Assembly (NCBI RefSeq): GCF_009914755.1 | Contig: NC_060930.1 | Direction: 5' to 3' (one strand) | DNA from: the human T2T-CHM13v2.0 reference genome, Homo sapiens | Length of the DNA stretch: 64,000 nt | Shown here: positions 1 to 14,187 of the stretch, one piece after another | Numbering within the stretch: the first letter of the stretch is position 1 | Layout of the letters: each line of letters begins with the position of its first letter | Translations under genes and position numbers: made by a program | The notes under the pieces: generated by a model | The model's database searches: none | The model's input: only the letters and a program-made list of their open reading frames with translations | Told to the model about the DNA's origin: nothing

Positions 1-1682
1 AATAACATTCTAAGAAAAACAACATACTATAGCAACAACTCTGAGGATGTAGTAGGAATTTGAGCTTTGTCACCTCTTTTAGACTCTTCATAAATGCTAA
101 CAATTATTGTGATTTTTATAAAGATAATAATTATTGTCAGTAAGAAATCATTACTGATAGCATCTACTTATAAAATGTAATTAATTAGTTTAAAAGTAAA
201 TATTATGTAATTAGAATGATTGCATACTATCTTATTTATAAAATAAGATAGAAAATGTGGAGAACATTACGGATGTTTTTAAAATGTGAGAAAATGGCAG
301 ATGGCATAAACATCAGTAAAATCCAAATGAAATATCAACCTATTCAGAAAATAAAACAATTTTGTAAGGATTTTGTATTTCTCACTTTTCTGTTATGTTA
401 CGCCAGCAATGACTTGGTTTCTGGTGATGTCGAAGATGATTGCATGTTAGACAACGTAATTCTAGCATTAAAGGTATTACTTTGTGCATCGACAACTGCC
501 ACCATCTTTCCAGATTTCTCAAATTGCATGAGTAGCTTGCAAGCTGACATAATTATGCTGCTCTCATTAGCAATTTAAGTACAGCTGGAAAAAGCTTATT
601 AGGATCTTATACCAGTGGTTCCCAATGAGAATCCTGCAATGTCCTGCAGTAGCTAGGGAGCCACTATGCCCCAGGGATGTTTTGTCACTGCTCTTGAAAT
701 GCATTGTCTCTTTCTAAGCATTATACAGCATGGCCTCATGGGTACAGCTGGGGAATAGATCAAGATTTACAAGGTTTATTCCTGCCCCTGGAGCAGATTT
801 CTGGGAAACCAAAAAAGGAACACATAACAGATATGTCTGTATCAGCAAAACTTAGTGGAGTAAAACTTTCCTGTTTAGTAACATGAAACCATTTTATAAG
901 GGTTTAAATTTTGCACTTGCTTATTCTCAATTTTTATCCATTTTGTCTATTTCCCCACCCATATTTTGTTGGCCTCCCTCTATCACCCCCAAAGCTCTTT
1001 TTGTTTTGTTTTGAATTCTGGTAACATATACATGAAATTTATCACTTTAACCATTTTTAAGTATATAGTTGAGTAGTGTTAAGTCCATTTACACTGTTGT
1101 GTAGCCAATCTCCAGAACTCTTTTCATCTTGGAAAACTGAAACTCCTATACACATTAAACAACTCCCTATCATCCTCATCCCTGCACCGCAGTCCTTTGA
1201 AACCTTTATTCTACTTTGTGTCTCTATAAATTCCACTACTCTAAGTACCTCATATAAATGGAATCATGGAATATTTGTCGTTTTATGCCTGGCTTATTTC
1301 AGTCAGCATAAAGTCCTCAAGGTTATCCACATTATAGCACATGTCAGAATTTTCTTCCTTTTTAAAAAGCTGACTTGCCACATTTTGTTTATCCATTCAC
1401 CCATCGGCGGACACTTGGGTTGCTTCCTTCTTTTGGCTATTGTGAATAATATTGCTGTGAACTTGGGTGCACAGTTATCTCTGAGGATTGTTTTCAGTTC
1501 TTTTGGGTATATGGACAAAAGCGGAACTGATGGATCATATGGTTATTATGTTTTTAATTTTTTGAAGAACTGCTGTACTGTTTTACATAGCAGCTGCATC
1601 ATTTTACATTCCCATCAATAATAGGCAAGGATTCCAATTTTTTCACATCCTTGCCAGCACTTATTTTTTGTTTTTACAGTAG

Positions 1683-2089
1683 TTTTTATGGTCAGAATTG
1701 TGTCCTTTCCAAATTTCTATGTTGCAGTCCCAATCCCCAGTGCCTCTGAATGTAACCATATTTGGGGATAGGACCTTCGGGGGGTAATTGAGCTAAAATG
1801 AGGCATTTAGGGTGGGCCAGAATCCAATCCGATTGATGACCTTACAAGAAGAGGAGATTAGAATATACAGAGAGAAAGCAAGGATGTGCACACACAAAGA
1901 ACAGGCCATGCCAGGACACAGCAAGAAGACAGCCATCTGAAAGTGAAGGACAGAGACGTCAGAAGAAACCAAACCTGCCGGCACCTTGATCCTGGACCTC
2001 CAGCTTCCAAAACTGTGAGAAAATAAGTTTGTGTTGTTTAAGCCACCCAGTCTGTGGTATTCTGTTATGGTGGCCCTAGAAAACTAATC
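1683..2089 (+). mobile_element. MaLR solo LTR (MLT1A/B-like)
   Basis: MLT1-type start tatggtcagaattgtg and end aaactaatc; 5-bp TSD AGTAG at 1678-1682 and 2090-2094. Confidence 0.85.
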
Positions 2090-2240
2090 AGTAGCCATCC
2101 TAATGGGTGGGACCTAGTATCTCATTGTGGTTTTGATTGGCATTTTTCTAATGATTAGTGATGTTGAGCATCTTTTCATGTGCTTGTTAGCCATTTGTAT
2201 GCCTTCTTTGAAGGAATGTCTGTTCAAGTTCTTTACCCAG

Positions 2241-2443
2241 TTTTGTTTGTTTTTAGAGACAAGGTCTTACTCTGTCACCCAGGCTGGGGTACAGTGACAT
2301 GATCATTGCTCACTCTAGCCTAGACTAAGTGAGCTGCACATCTCAGCCTCCCAAGTAAGCTAGGACTACAGGCATGTGCCACCACCTCTGGATAATTGTT
2401 TTAATTTGTGTAGAGATGGGGTCTCGCTATGTTGCCCAGGCTG
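2241..2443 (-). mobile_element. 5'-truncated AluJ-like
   Basis: Reverse Alu right arm and linker; TSD-like ttt(a/g)cccagtttt on both sides. Confidence 0.85.
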
Positions 2444-3229
2444 TTTGCCCAGTTTTTAATTGGGTTGTTTGATTTTTTTGTTGTTGAGTTATAGGAGTTC
2501 TTTATATATTCTGGATGCCAATCCTTTATCAGGTATATGATTTGAAAATATTTTATCCTATTCTGTGGGTTGCCTTTTCACACTGTGGATTGCCTTTTCA
2601 CACTGTGGATTGTATTGTTTGATACACAGCAGTTTTAAAGTTTGATGTGGTCCAATTTATCTATTTTTACTTTTGTTGCCTGTGTTTTTGATGACATATC
2701 TAAAAAAATTACTGCCAAATTCAGTGTCATGCAGCTTTTCCTCTTTTTTTTTTCTAAGAGTTTAACAGTTTTAGCCCTTGTGTTTAGATCTTTGATTGAT
2801 TTTGAGTTAATTTCTATATGTGGTATAAGGTAAGGGCCCAACTTTATTCTTTTACATGTAGATATCCAATTTTCCAAAGCTATTTTTATAGCCAATCTTC
2901 CTATACTCAAAGTTGAGTATGGGAAATCAACATTTGGGACAGGATCTAAACTGAGTTCCTGATTCCCTAAAAGCAGTTTCCAGATTCCCCACCTTAACCC
3001 TTTCTATGACAAAGCAGGGGTCCAGAATGCTGGTTCAAAGTATGTCTTTCAGAAAACACAGCTCCTATACAGACAAAAACCTGTGCTAGTCACACAAAGG
3101 ATACTTCAGGTGGGATGTCTCAACTCCCAGGACTCCCAAAGCTGTCCCAAACATTCTCCATTGTATTAAGGATTGTTGCCTTTTATACATCACTTAAAAT
3201 TCCACTCAATTTCACTTCTTGCTCTAGCA

Positions 3230-3630
3230 CTTCCTCACAGGTTTTGACTGGCTCTGATGCAGTGGGTTCCTTCAGAAACTCTGGGCACTCATACCTGCAC
3301 AACCTGGAAGTTCAGGGAGGTCAACACCTGTGGGCCTGCTCTTAACTAATAGGCTATGGGAGCTGACGGATAAATGCTTCCCCCTTTCACTCTCTAGTTA
3401 GTCTTCACATGCACTACATAAAGCTTCTCAGATAGTCCAGGCAGAATCAAGTACCAGTCAACTGTAGCTGTGGCCAATGTGATACTATATCCTTGTTTGC
3501 TTCCCTTCATTCTCTGTTTGACTCCCCCTGCCCTGCCCTGTTGCTCGATGGTACCCCATTCTCAAATAAACTCCAGCTACACAAACCATTGTCTCAGGTT
3601 TTGCTTTCTGGGGAATCCAGGCTAAGACAG
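3230..3630 (+). mobile_element. ERVL LTR (LTR16/LTR33-like)
   Basis: AATAAA followed by ...ttgtctcaggttttgctttctggggaatccaggctaagaca, typical 3' terminus of this LTR group; 5' limit uncertain. Confidence 0.6.
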
Positions 3631-4549
3631 ACATTATGGAGTTACGAAGTACTTCCTTCCTGATACAGGGCCTACCTACCCACATGAATGCCCTTCTGGT
3701 TTGTTTCCTTGGCTGAAACAGGATGGAGGAGATGAGAAAAGATAGTGGAGAATCTAGAGCAGATTGTGTATACACAGTAATAGAATTCCTTTATATCTCA
3801 TTGTTTTATCACTTCAGGAAATGGACCCATCTCCAGATCTTCCCACCAGCCACTTCCGAATGGCAAAATGGAAAACAAGTTTGACAACAGTGTCTGCAGG
3901 AACTCATTTCTCAGTACGTCATTAATTTTGTGCTGCAAGACTTCTCTACATTGTGCATCAATCAGAAAGCTGATCCATAAAGAACCTTCTTGCTGAAGCA
4001 GAGTGGGTGGCAGTTTCCTGGTAAGTTAAACAGATGTACTGAGTGACACAGAATTTCACTTAATGGTAGAAATAGAAGAGAAATAAGTGCACGGGGCTCT
4101 GGAGAGAATCTCTGAGCTGGGTAGTCAGGAAACACAGTCTCTGGTTACCTCTGTCATCAAGACAATAATAGCTCACAGGCTCTCCCAAACTCCATCTGCC
4201 TTTGCCAGCTCACTTAGCAAGCAGGCGCTTTGGGTTTGATTTGAGCTGGGCTTCCAGAAGCTGCAGCTGGATGGTCTGAGGGCATGAGAGATGGTCTTCC
4301 ATAAAGTTGGACTCTGGATACAAACAAACAGTCTGAAGGTTGCTGTGCAGAGGCAAAGACAGAGTCTGCCACCAGGTCACCCAGGAGAAGGAGATTTAGG
4401 CAGAGTCCCCAAGGCAAAGCCAGAACAGATCTCCTGAGAAGCCCATACATAGAGAGTAACTTTTATGGTGTATCCTCAGCCACAACCCTGGATGGGAGAT
4501 GAACTGGTAAAGACAATAAGACAGTTCAGACATCCTCTCAATTTAATCT

Positions 4550-4915
4550 CTGGTCCCTTGTTACTCAAAGTGGGATTCATGAAATAACAGTCTCAGCATC
4601 ACCTACGAGTTGGTTAGACATGCAGAATCTTTAATTGGGCGTGATGGCATGCACCTGTAGCCAGCCCTAGCTACTCAGGGGGCCGAGATGGGAGGATCCC
4701 TGGAGCCCAGAGAATCGATGTTACAGTGAGCTATGATTGCACCACTGTATTCCAGCCTGGGCAAGAGAGCGAGGCCCTGCTCTAAAAAATGAAATAAAAG
4801 AATGCAGAATCTCAGCTCCATCCCAAACCTGCTGAATCTTGAATCAGATAATGCATTTTTAACAAAATCCCTGATTGTTGCTCATTCCCACTTTACTAAA
4901 GTTTGAGAAGTATCG
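4550..4915 (+). mobile_element. MER5A-like hAT-Charlie MITE split by an Alu monomer
   Basis: ttactcaaagtg...cagcatcacct...atgcagaatctc...aaagtttgagaa. Confidence 0.75.
4631..4800 (+). mobile_element. Alu right monomer (FRAM/truncated AluJ)
   Basis: Alu right arm with A tail; TSD atgcagaatct at 4620-4630 and 4802-4812. Confidence 0.9.
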
Positions 4916-4969
4916 ATGGGTCGATTGTGGTAGTATATGTTTTCTGGTTTTTTATGAGCATTTTGGCTC

Positions 4970-5183
4970 ACAGGTTTTCAATAGGGAGAGAAAGGTACAA
5001 CTGCCCCAGAAACATTAGGAAGTAGGGAGGGGGAGCATTTTTGTCATAATGACTGTGGAGATTACTAACACTTAGTGGGCAGGTGTCAGGGTTGCTAAAT
5101 ATTCTGCAAAGTGTGGGTGAGTCCCCATAGAGCAAAGAATTGTCCCAGACAAATGCCCCTGGTGTTCCTAGTGAGAAACATGT
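4970..5183 (+). mobile_element. MER20-like DNA transposon
   Basis: ggttttcaa...catttttgtcataatgact...aaagaattgtccc...gagaaacatg resembles the MER20 family. Confidence 0.55.
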
Positions 5184-6247
5184 TGACAATTTCTTCATCT
5201 GTAAAATAAGCATTTGGGCTACATGGACTCCAGTGTTTCTCTCAGCTCTAAGAATCTTTCATTCTATCCCTGTTTTCACACTGATTTATAATAGAAAGTT
5301 ATCAGGGCTGTCTTTCCTTCCCTCTAATTCAGGCTGCTGTAACCCTAAGTCATTTTCATTTAGATAATCCAATGGAACAAGTTACAGAGATTAACCTTAA
5401 TGAATGTAAATTCATTACCACTCCCTGTTAAATATAACTTGCCCTTTCTGGTTAAAAGTCAAAGAGCGCTTTTAGTTAATTAAATGTATTTGTCATTACA
5501 ATGCTAATAACACAAAGTAGTCTGAAAATACAGTCAACAAGTCCTTTGTTAGTTAGCAATTAAAGGCAATCATTTCCCTGTCAGAGTTTAGCTGGAGTGG
5601 CTCTCTTTCCACTCACACCACCTCTGTCCTATTTGGATCTAGCTGAAGATCTTGCTGGAATAGCATGGCAGTAGGGACACTGGAAGAGATGGCAATTCTC
5701 CAACAGCTGTTTAACCTTGCCTCAAAAGAGAAAGCAACAGGCAGCAAACACGTGGAGAGTCATAAGCAGGGCTGTTGAGCCTGACTGCACTGAGAACTTT
5801 CCGAATGTGTGGGGCTAGCAGAGCAGATGAAGTAAGGCTGGAACTGGTAGACCCATTGGAGAATCAGAGTTAACCATCGGGCTCCTCTTGGGCGGGATGT
5901 CCCCATTTGAAAATGAAAACATGAGTTAATTGCTGTTTACTCCCACTGTAGTACCATCAGGAAAAAGGAAAGCCTCTACTGAAAATGTGAACTTCTTAGG
6001 TGAAAAGTAGTGTCCACCTGTAAAGTGCTACTAGAATTTACCATTGTGCGATACTTGACACACAGTACAGGTGCAAATGTTAAGAAATTAAGTCACATAG
6101 AAAGTACTTTTAATCACCACAGCTAAAGGAAAAAGCAGTATCCTAGAGGAGATTATTTTTCCTTGGAGTATTTGTCCTGGGATTCTGTGTAGCACTGCGT
6201 CAGTGCACTAGCCCTATCATCTTCTAGCTTCAAAAATTAATGACGTG

Positions 6248-6282
6248 ACACCTACTATGTACCCACAAAAATTAAAAATGAA
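6248..6282 (+). mobile_element. 35-bp extreme 5'-truncated L1 (L1PB/L1MA-type 3' tip)
   Basis: acacctactatgtacccacaaaaattaaaaat flanked by 16-bp TSD aaaaattaatg(a/g)cgtg (6232-6247, 6283-6298). Confidence 0.8.
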
Positions 6283-6711
6283 AAAAATTAATGGCGTGGA
6301 TGAAAAGCATAGGCTTTTGATAGTTTGCACATGCTTCCTCTGTTGCTACATGTTGGTGACTGGTTACTGAGCTAAGCAAATAGGAGAGACAATGTTCAGG
6401 ATGAGTTCTGTCTGGGGCTTATTCTAAGTCAACCAATAGTGTACTAATTATGGCCCCAATATGGTCCTGGTCAGCAGTATAAGAGAAGCCTTTTTTGAGG
6501 TGACGAGGAAAGCAGTGGACTGATAAAAGTAGTTACGAATGATAAAAACATGCCTTAGCATTTTACTGTAACATAAAGTGCATAAATGTACATGATTTGT
6601 CAGCCTTTGTTAAAGTCTTTTATTTGAATCTTCTGATTTTTCTATGATCACATTTTTGCACAAATGATGTCTGTAATGCACTTGCTATTATATCACTTCA
6701 GTTTCTTTTCT

Positions 6712-6996
6712 ATTTTTTTTTTTTTTTTTTGAGATGGAATGTCGCTCTGTCACCTAGGCTGTAGTGCAGTGGCATGCTCATTGCAACCTCTGCCCGCAAT
6801 TCTCCTGTCTCAGCCTCCTGAGTAACTGGGATGACAGGTGTGTGCCACCATGCCCAGCTATTTTTTTTTTTTTAAAGTAGAGTCAGGGTTCCACCATGTT
6901 GGCCAGGCTGGTCTCCAACTCCTGACCTCAAATGATCCACCCTCCTCAGCCTCCCAAAGTGCTGTGATTACTGGCCTGAGTCACTGCTCCCAGCCT
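6712..6996 (-). mobile_element. Alu with internal deletions
   Basis: Poly-T then reverse Alu dimer. Confidence 0.9.
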
Positions 6997-7134
6997 CATT
7001 TCAGTTTCTTTAAAGTGGAATAAAAACTAAACATATTTATGAAATAATCTTTATGCAGAGTCCTAGATTTGTACTTACTGTTCACTAATCTTTTATAGTT
7101 GCCTTGTCAACTATTTTGACAACTATTGAATCTT

Positions 7135-7451
<317 letters not shown>

Positions 7452-7785
7452 TAAAACTCTATTGAATCTTTCTAAAGGATTCAATTTAGTTTTCATCAAA
7501 ACAACTCCTTTTTTTCACATTCTTATTTGTTAGTTTGCATTAAATTAATTTCAGTTATATAATTACAATAATAAGTTCAACTTCCATGAACAAGTGTAGT
7601 AATCAACATGACTGACTCAAGCTTAATACTTGTCTTGTGAGAATAGCAGCATGGGGCCTGTTAGTGAGTAGCCTTCTAATCATAAGCATTTGTCAAGTCA
7701 TAGGTATATATGTCTTTTACAAGGAAAATGGAGATTACCTGTTAACCTGGAAAATCAGCTAAGTGGAGGTATTTAAATAGCTATC

Positions 7786-8102
7786 TGTTATGGACTGCAT
7801 GATGTGTCACACAAAATTCATATGTTGAAGTCCTAACTTCCAGTGTGGCTGTTTTTGGAGTGAGGAAGTAATTAGTGTCAAACAAGATCATAAGGGTGGG
7901 GCCCTTGTGGGTAGGATTAGCAGCCTTATAAGAAAAGACACCTCCAGCCTGGGCAACAAACCGAGACCCCATCTGTACAAAAAATTAAATTAGCTGGAAG
8001 TAGTAGAGCCTAGGAGTTCTAGGCTGCTATGATGCTGTGACCAACGATTGTACCACTGCACTCCAGCCTGGGTGACAGAGTTAGACCCTATCTCTAAAAA
8101 GC

Positions 8103-8136
<34 letters not shown>

Positions 8137-8366
8137 AGAGAGAGACACCAGGGAGCTGCTCAATCTCCCTCTGCCAAGTGCCAAGTGAGAACACATCTGG
8201 AAGGTAGCCATCCACAAACCAGAAAGAAAGGCCTTACCAGAAACCAACCCTGCCAGGCTTTGATCTGAAACATCTAGCATATGGAACTGTGAGAAAATGG
8301 ATTTCTGCTGTATAAACCACCAGTTTATGATATTTTTTATGGCAGCCCAAACAGATTAATAATACA
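7786..8366 (+). mobile_element. MaLR solo LTR (MSTD/MLT1A-like) containing an Alu fragment (~7943-8135)
   Basis: TGTTATGG...AATACA termini with 5-bp TSD CTATC (7781-7785, 8367-8371). Confidence 0.88.
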
Positions 8367-8516
8367 CTATCAGTTCATAGTTAATATTTAGTACCATGCC
8401 GCTGGCCCTGAGGAACAGTTAACAGCAAAGTCCAATTGTGTCAATGCAAACTTATTACTATTTCTGAAAAACTGACTTAAAGTGTGGCACCTAAGCTAAT
8501 GGATCTTGATAAATAG

Positions 8517-8838
<322 letters not shown>

Positions 8839-9057
8839 AAAATGTATTTTTAAGTCTACTTCTAGTAATGAATTATTGAATATAGCTACTTAAATCAGCT
8901 TCTGGTCTTACCACTAAAATATAATCACAGATATCTCTTTATAGGTTACAGCTTTCCTCTTGTAGTACTATTAATGAGAGGCTCATGGTACTAATATAGC
9001 CATACACTAAAATGAGGAAATACAAAACAGGAACAGGATGAAAATACCTGCTATCTC

Positions 9058-9135
9058 TTTTCTTTCTTTCTTTCTTTTTTATTATGCTTTAAGTTTTAGG
9101 GTACATGTGCACAACGTGCAGGTTTTTTACGTATA
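9058..9135 (-). mobile_element. Very short L1PA 3' end
   Basis: T-rich tail then tattatgctttaagttttagggtacatgtgcacaacgtgcagg, the reverse complement of the primate L1 3' terminus. Confidence 0.8.
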
Positions 9136-9139
9136 TATA

Positions 9140-10149
9140 TCTTTTCTATACAACATCCAATTACTTTTTATTAAAAGCCCTTCTGATATAAGTCACAAGG
9201 AAAATAAGGAAATACAAGGATTAAAAGGAAAGTCATAAAATGTCATTCTTTTCTATTTATATGCTTTTCTATAATAAAATATTCAATGAATCAATAGATA
9301 ATGGTCCTGCAAATCAAATGTATTCCTAAAAACCAGCAACAAATGGTTCAAAATATAATTTTTGAAGATATGTATTATAGCAATAATGCATATAAGGTAT
9401 CCAGAAATAAATCTTTAAGACTTTTATAAAGAAAAATAAAAATTTTGAGAGACATTAAAGAAACAAATGCCCATGAATGGGAAGTCTCAATAACAAAGAC
9501 ATTAGTTCATCCAAAATCCAACAGGCTTTTTTGATAAAAGTTACTGAGTTTATCCTAAAGTTATCCATATAAATGAGCAAAAGGCCAGGAATTGCCAAAA
9601 TAATTCTGAAGAAGAATAGGGGACTCATTCTTTAAGATATCAGGAATCTTGCATCCAAAAGATATAGTAATTAGAACAATGTGGTTTAAGACAGAGTAAC
9701 GCTGTCTGAACCTGACCTCTTCTCCTTGAGGAATCTTTTTACCCTTTATTCTGTGAGTAATAAACCTTATTTTATATCTATTGGTGCCTATGTGTCATTC
9801 CTTCCAACATCCCTATAAATTCTGGAGTGGGGACTGCTAGTGTTCAGCCAGGGACACCATATGCCCAAATAAAACGATGCTATTCTCAAAACCATAACAA
9901 TGAAAGATAGGGGAAGAAACATCTTTCAGAAAGTTGCAAACACCATGATGCCATTTATGAAAAGTTTTATAAACATGCAACACAATATTTTATCTTTATT
10001 TATAGATATATACACATTAGAGAAAGTATAAAAGCACATGTGAATGAGAAACATCAAATTCAAGACAGTGATTACCTCTGGTGAAAAAGTGAGGGGAACA
10101 ACAGGATTGGGGCAGAGTACACAGGGGTTTCATATGAGTCAGGAATACT

Positions 10150-10150
<1 letters not shown>
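9140..10150 (+). mobile_element. Ancient L1M (L1ME-like) fragments
   Basis: A-rich degenerate ORF2-like sequence and 3' UTR motif cagtgattacctctgg...gtacacagggggtttc. Confidence 0.55.
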
Positions 10151-10454
<304 letters not shown>

Positions 10455-10610
10455 TAAGCTTTCCTATGTTAGGGTCAACTGATTTGGGACCTTAATTGCA
10501 TGTTCAAAATTTATTCATAGCAACACATAGATTGATGTTTGAATAAGTGGAAGAAAGTGTATGTACACCAGGACCCAGAAATTTGGAAGGCCAAATGGTG
10601 CCTACCACAG
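10455..10610 (-). mobile_element. MLT1E/F-like LTR fragment
   Basis: ggtcaactgatttgggaccttaattg...cctaccaca terminus. Confidence 0.55.
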
Positions 10611-11339
10611 ACTAGGACTAGGGAGGGTATAGAATAGAAGGTCAATGTCAGGGGAATTATTAAGTGGCGTCCACATATGTTTAATGTTAAAGATTGGCTA
10701 GTATAACTGGCTCATGATGTTCTGCATGCTTAAAAATTAAGGGAAGAGAACAAAGGTCATGAAAATCTCTATGACCTTGGCAGACTGAAGCTCATTAAGT
10801 AATAGTCTAGGTACTGCTAAAGATAGCTACAAGCAGGTCAGAGGAAAACTAGTTTGCTATTGGAACCAGTTATCTGAGTTATCCATGCCATTGTAAGTGA
10901 TAGGTAAGTACAAATCTTATATAAAGACAAATGTAAACATAACTAAACATAAATATAAATAAGCATTTTAAAAAACCAGAATATTTATAAAGTAGAATAA
11001 GGCAGAGACCATTTATATTTGAGAGAACTATATTTTATATCCAGTACACATATAGACCATGTTTCCTTATTTTATATGTCTATACAGCAGCTAGCCTTAT
11101 TTTGTAATACATGGTAAAAGGAATAAATCATTGTTAATGTTTAATGAGTAATAATGACAGCTGGACATTTAAAACCCTCCTTGGTACGGTTCATCTTATC
11201 TTTCCAGAATTATCTATTATTTCTTTCCTACTTTTACTTTGTATACCAACAAAACAGAATGGCTCATTTTTCCTCCAAACCTATTGCTACACCTTTGTTA
11301 AGTGTTTACCTCTAATATTCTCCACTTCATCAGTAGCTA

Positions 11340-11655
11340 TTGTTTCTACCTAGCCTTTAGGGCCCAAATTAAATGTCCCCTCCTTTATAAAGAATTTTTT
11401 TAAATCTTTCTCAGCTCCCATTGTAAATAGTCTTTCCCACTTGAACTCCCTTAGCATTTTGTTCAAATGTATAGTGCATGCCACTTTCTACCTTATACTA
11501 TGGTTATCTGTATTTATGACATAGCTCCTCCTACTTGACAAGGTCTTCCTTGAGCAGTAACTCAGACTTTTTTTATTTCAGATTACCTATGGCGCCGGGC
11601 AGAATACCCAGCACTAAAAGTGCTTAAAAATTGTGAATCAATCTTTTGAATGACT
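11340..11655 (+). mobile_element. L2 3' fragment
   Basis: aaatgtcccctcct...ccttgagcag...gtgcttaaaaattgtgaat..gaatga, typical degenerate L2 tail. Confidence 0.6.
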
Positions 11656-12312
11656 GTTTCTCTTTGTCTTTATCTTAATGCCAAAAGCAAGGCAAAATAA
11701 GTCAATATTATTATGGCTAGGGAAAGACCTTAACTACCTCAAAGAGACCTTAGTTACAATTATATTTCACAGAATTATGTCTCAAAACTCCCCAAAGTTC
11801 AGTTTCATCATTGCACTAAGTAAACCCTTGGTTAAGCATAATCTTCACACATGCACAGACTTGCATCATACCTGTGTGACACAAGCCAGGATCGCATCAA
11901 TTGCCAAGGGAGGTAAGTTCCTCTAGGCAGCCTGACCCAAACCTCTCTTCTGTTACAGCTTTCCAGAGTTCAATCAATTTACCAGAGGGAGAGAAAGGTA
12001 TTTCCTCAAGAAATCATTTTTTTAAAAAAGGTGACATGAAACTGAGAGAGTATATATTTGTTCTATGATAGAAATGGCTGACATGACATCTTCCTATAGT
12101 TTCCATGAGTTTTGTTGTAAGATTTTATGGAAATATATACTGAATTAAATTTAGACATCATTCATATCTGTTTCACAAGAAGTTTTATGAGCATACAATT
12201 TTTCTCTTTAAAGACTTGAGTTAAATTCTGGCTTACAAGTTAAAGAGCTTGACAGGACAGATATGTTGTCATTTAACCAATCACTTCAGTGCACTCAGAG
12301 ATGAATGAAGTA

Positions 12313-12662
12313 GCAGCCATAAAAAAGAACAAAACCATGTCCTTCGAGGCAACATGGATGCAGCTGGAGGCTATTATCCTAAGTGAATTAACACAGAAAC
12401 AGAAAATCAAATACTACATGTTTTCACTTATAAGTGGGAGCTAAACATTGGGTACACACGGCCATAAAGATAGAAACCAGAGACACTGGAAACTCCCTAA
12501 GGGAGGAGGTAGCAAAGGAGGCAATGGTTGAAGAAACACCTATTGGGTACTATGTCCACTATTTAGTGACAGGTTCAATAGAAGCCTAAACCTCAGCATC
12601 ATGCAACATATCCATGTAACAAACCTACGTGTGTACCCTCTGAATCTAAAATTTAAAAAAGA
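12313..12662 (+). mobile_element. L1 3' end (older L1PA/L1PB)
   Basis: gcagccataaaaaagaac...cttataagtgggagctaaac...tgtaccctctgaatctaaaa; TSD-like aatgaagta. Confidence 0.88.
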
Positions 12663-12984
12663 AATTAATGAAGTAATAGAATTAAATTAACTATGCTCTT
12701 AACTTCATCACATTTTAATTTATAAATTAAAGGCAACATTCTCACGGCATAGTCACATACTACACGTGCAGACACATGTGAAGCGCACATCCAGAAGAAG
12801 GCAGTAAAGGAGGAGCACGGAAATAAAAAACACATGAAGAAATAGAAAGTGAGTACTGAGAGGGTAGACCCAAAAGCATATCAGTAATTACTTTAAGTAC
12901 AAAAGGACTAAACACTCCAACTAAAAGGCAGATAGTTAGACTAAATTTAAAAAATGGAACCAACGTATAAGACACAAAATTTAA

Positions 12985-13278
12985 GGCTGGGTGCAGGGGC
13001 TCCCAGCAGTTTGGGAGACCCAGGTGGGCAGATCACTTGAGGCCAGGAGTTTGAGACCAGCCTGGCCAACATGGCGAAATCCTGTCTCTACTAAAAATAC
13101 AAAAATTAGTCAGGCATGGTGGCATGTGCCTGTAAATTCCAGCTACTCAGGAGGCTGAGGCATGAGAATAGCTTGAACCTGGGAGGCAGAGGTTGCAGTG
13201 AGCTGAGATTGTGTCACTGCACTCCAGCTTGGGCAACAGAGCAAGACTCTGTCTCAAAAAATAAAAAGACAAAAAAAT
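12985..13278 (+). mobile_element. AluS
   Basis: Alu dimer with A tail. Confidence 0.92.
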
Positions 13279-14187
13279 CCCATATGAGGACACAGAACAG
13301 TTGAAGGTAAAATGATGAAAACATAAATACCATATACCGTGTAAACACTAATCATAAGAAAGTTGATATGACTACATTAATATCAAAAATAGACTTTCAG
13401 GCAAAAAATATTACTAGATATAAAGGGACATTTCCTAATGATAAAAGGGTCAATTCAATAGGAAGTCACAAAAATCCTTAATGTATATTTGCCTTATAAC
13501 ATACCTTCAAAAAGGAAGTAAAAATTGACAAAAATAAAAGGATCAACAGATAAATCCACAATTAGAATTGGAGATTTAAAAATACTTCTTTCTGTAATTG
13601 ATAGAACAGGCAGACAATATATCAGTAATATTAATAATATAGAAGATATGAACAATACCATTAACCAATCTGACTAATTGAACATTTATAGAGTTTATAG
13701 AATATTATACTCAACAACTACAAAAAAGAAAAAAACACATACTATTTATATGCACATAGATCACTCACCAAAATAGACAATATTCTGGGCTATAAAGCTA
13801 GTCTCAATACATTTTGAATGACTGAAATCATACAGAATATATTTTCTTATCACAATGGAATTAAATTAGAAATCAAAAGCAAAAAGATATGTTCAGAAAT
13901 TAAGAAATACATTTCTAAATTATCTATTGGTCAAAGAAGAAATCACAAGAAAAGTTAGAGAGTATTTTGAATTGAAAAACAATACAAATTAATTCTATGA
14001 GATACAACCAAAGCAATACTTAGTAGAAAATGTGTATTAAATGCATATATTAGAAAGGATGAAAGTTTTAAAATCAATGATCTAAGCTTCCACTTCAAGG
14101 AGCTAGAAGAGAAAAGTACATTCTAAAAAAGTGTGGAAGATCTATAAGCTAAAAGTAATCAAACATTGCTCAAAAAATTAAAGACCT

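Larger units (their letters stand above)
1010..2880 (-). mobile_element. Old L1M (L1MB-like) 3' portion, interrupted by MLT1 and Alu
   Basis: Minus ORFs 1303-1518 and 2635-2910 translate to degenerate L1 ORF2 C-terminal sequence (FTIAKRRKQPKCP...WINKMW; ENWISTCKRIKL). Confidence 0.85.

Noticed and set aside
255-578. 107-aa ORF at window start
   Set aside because: No recognisable homology, exon structure or promoter.
1076-1621. 181-aa hydrophobic ORF
   Set aside because: Antisense reading of an old L1 3' end; GTG start.
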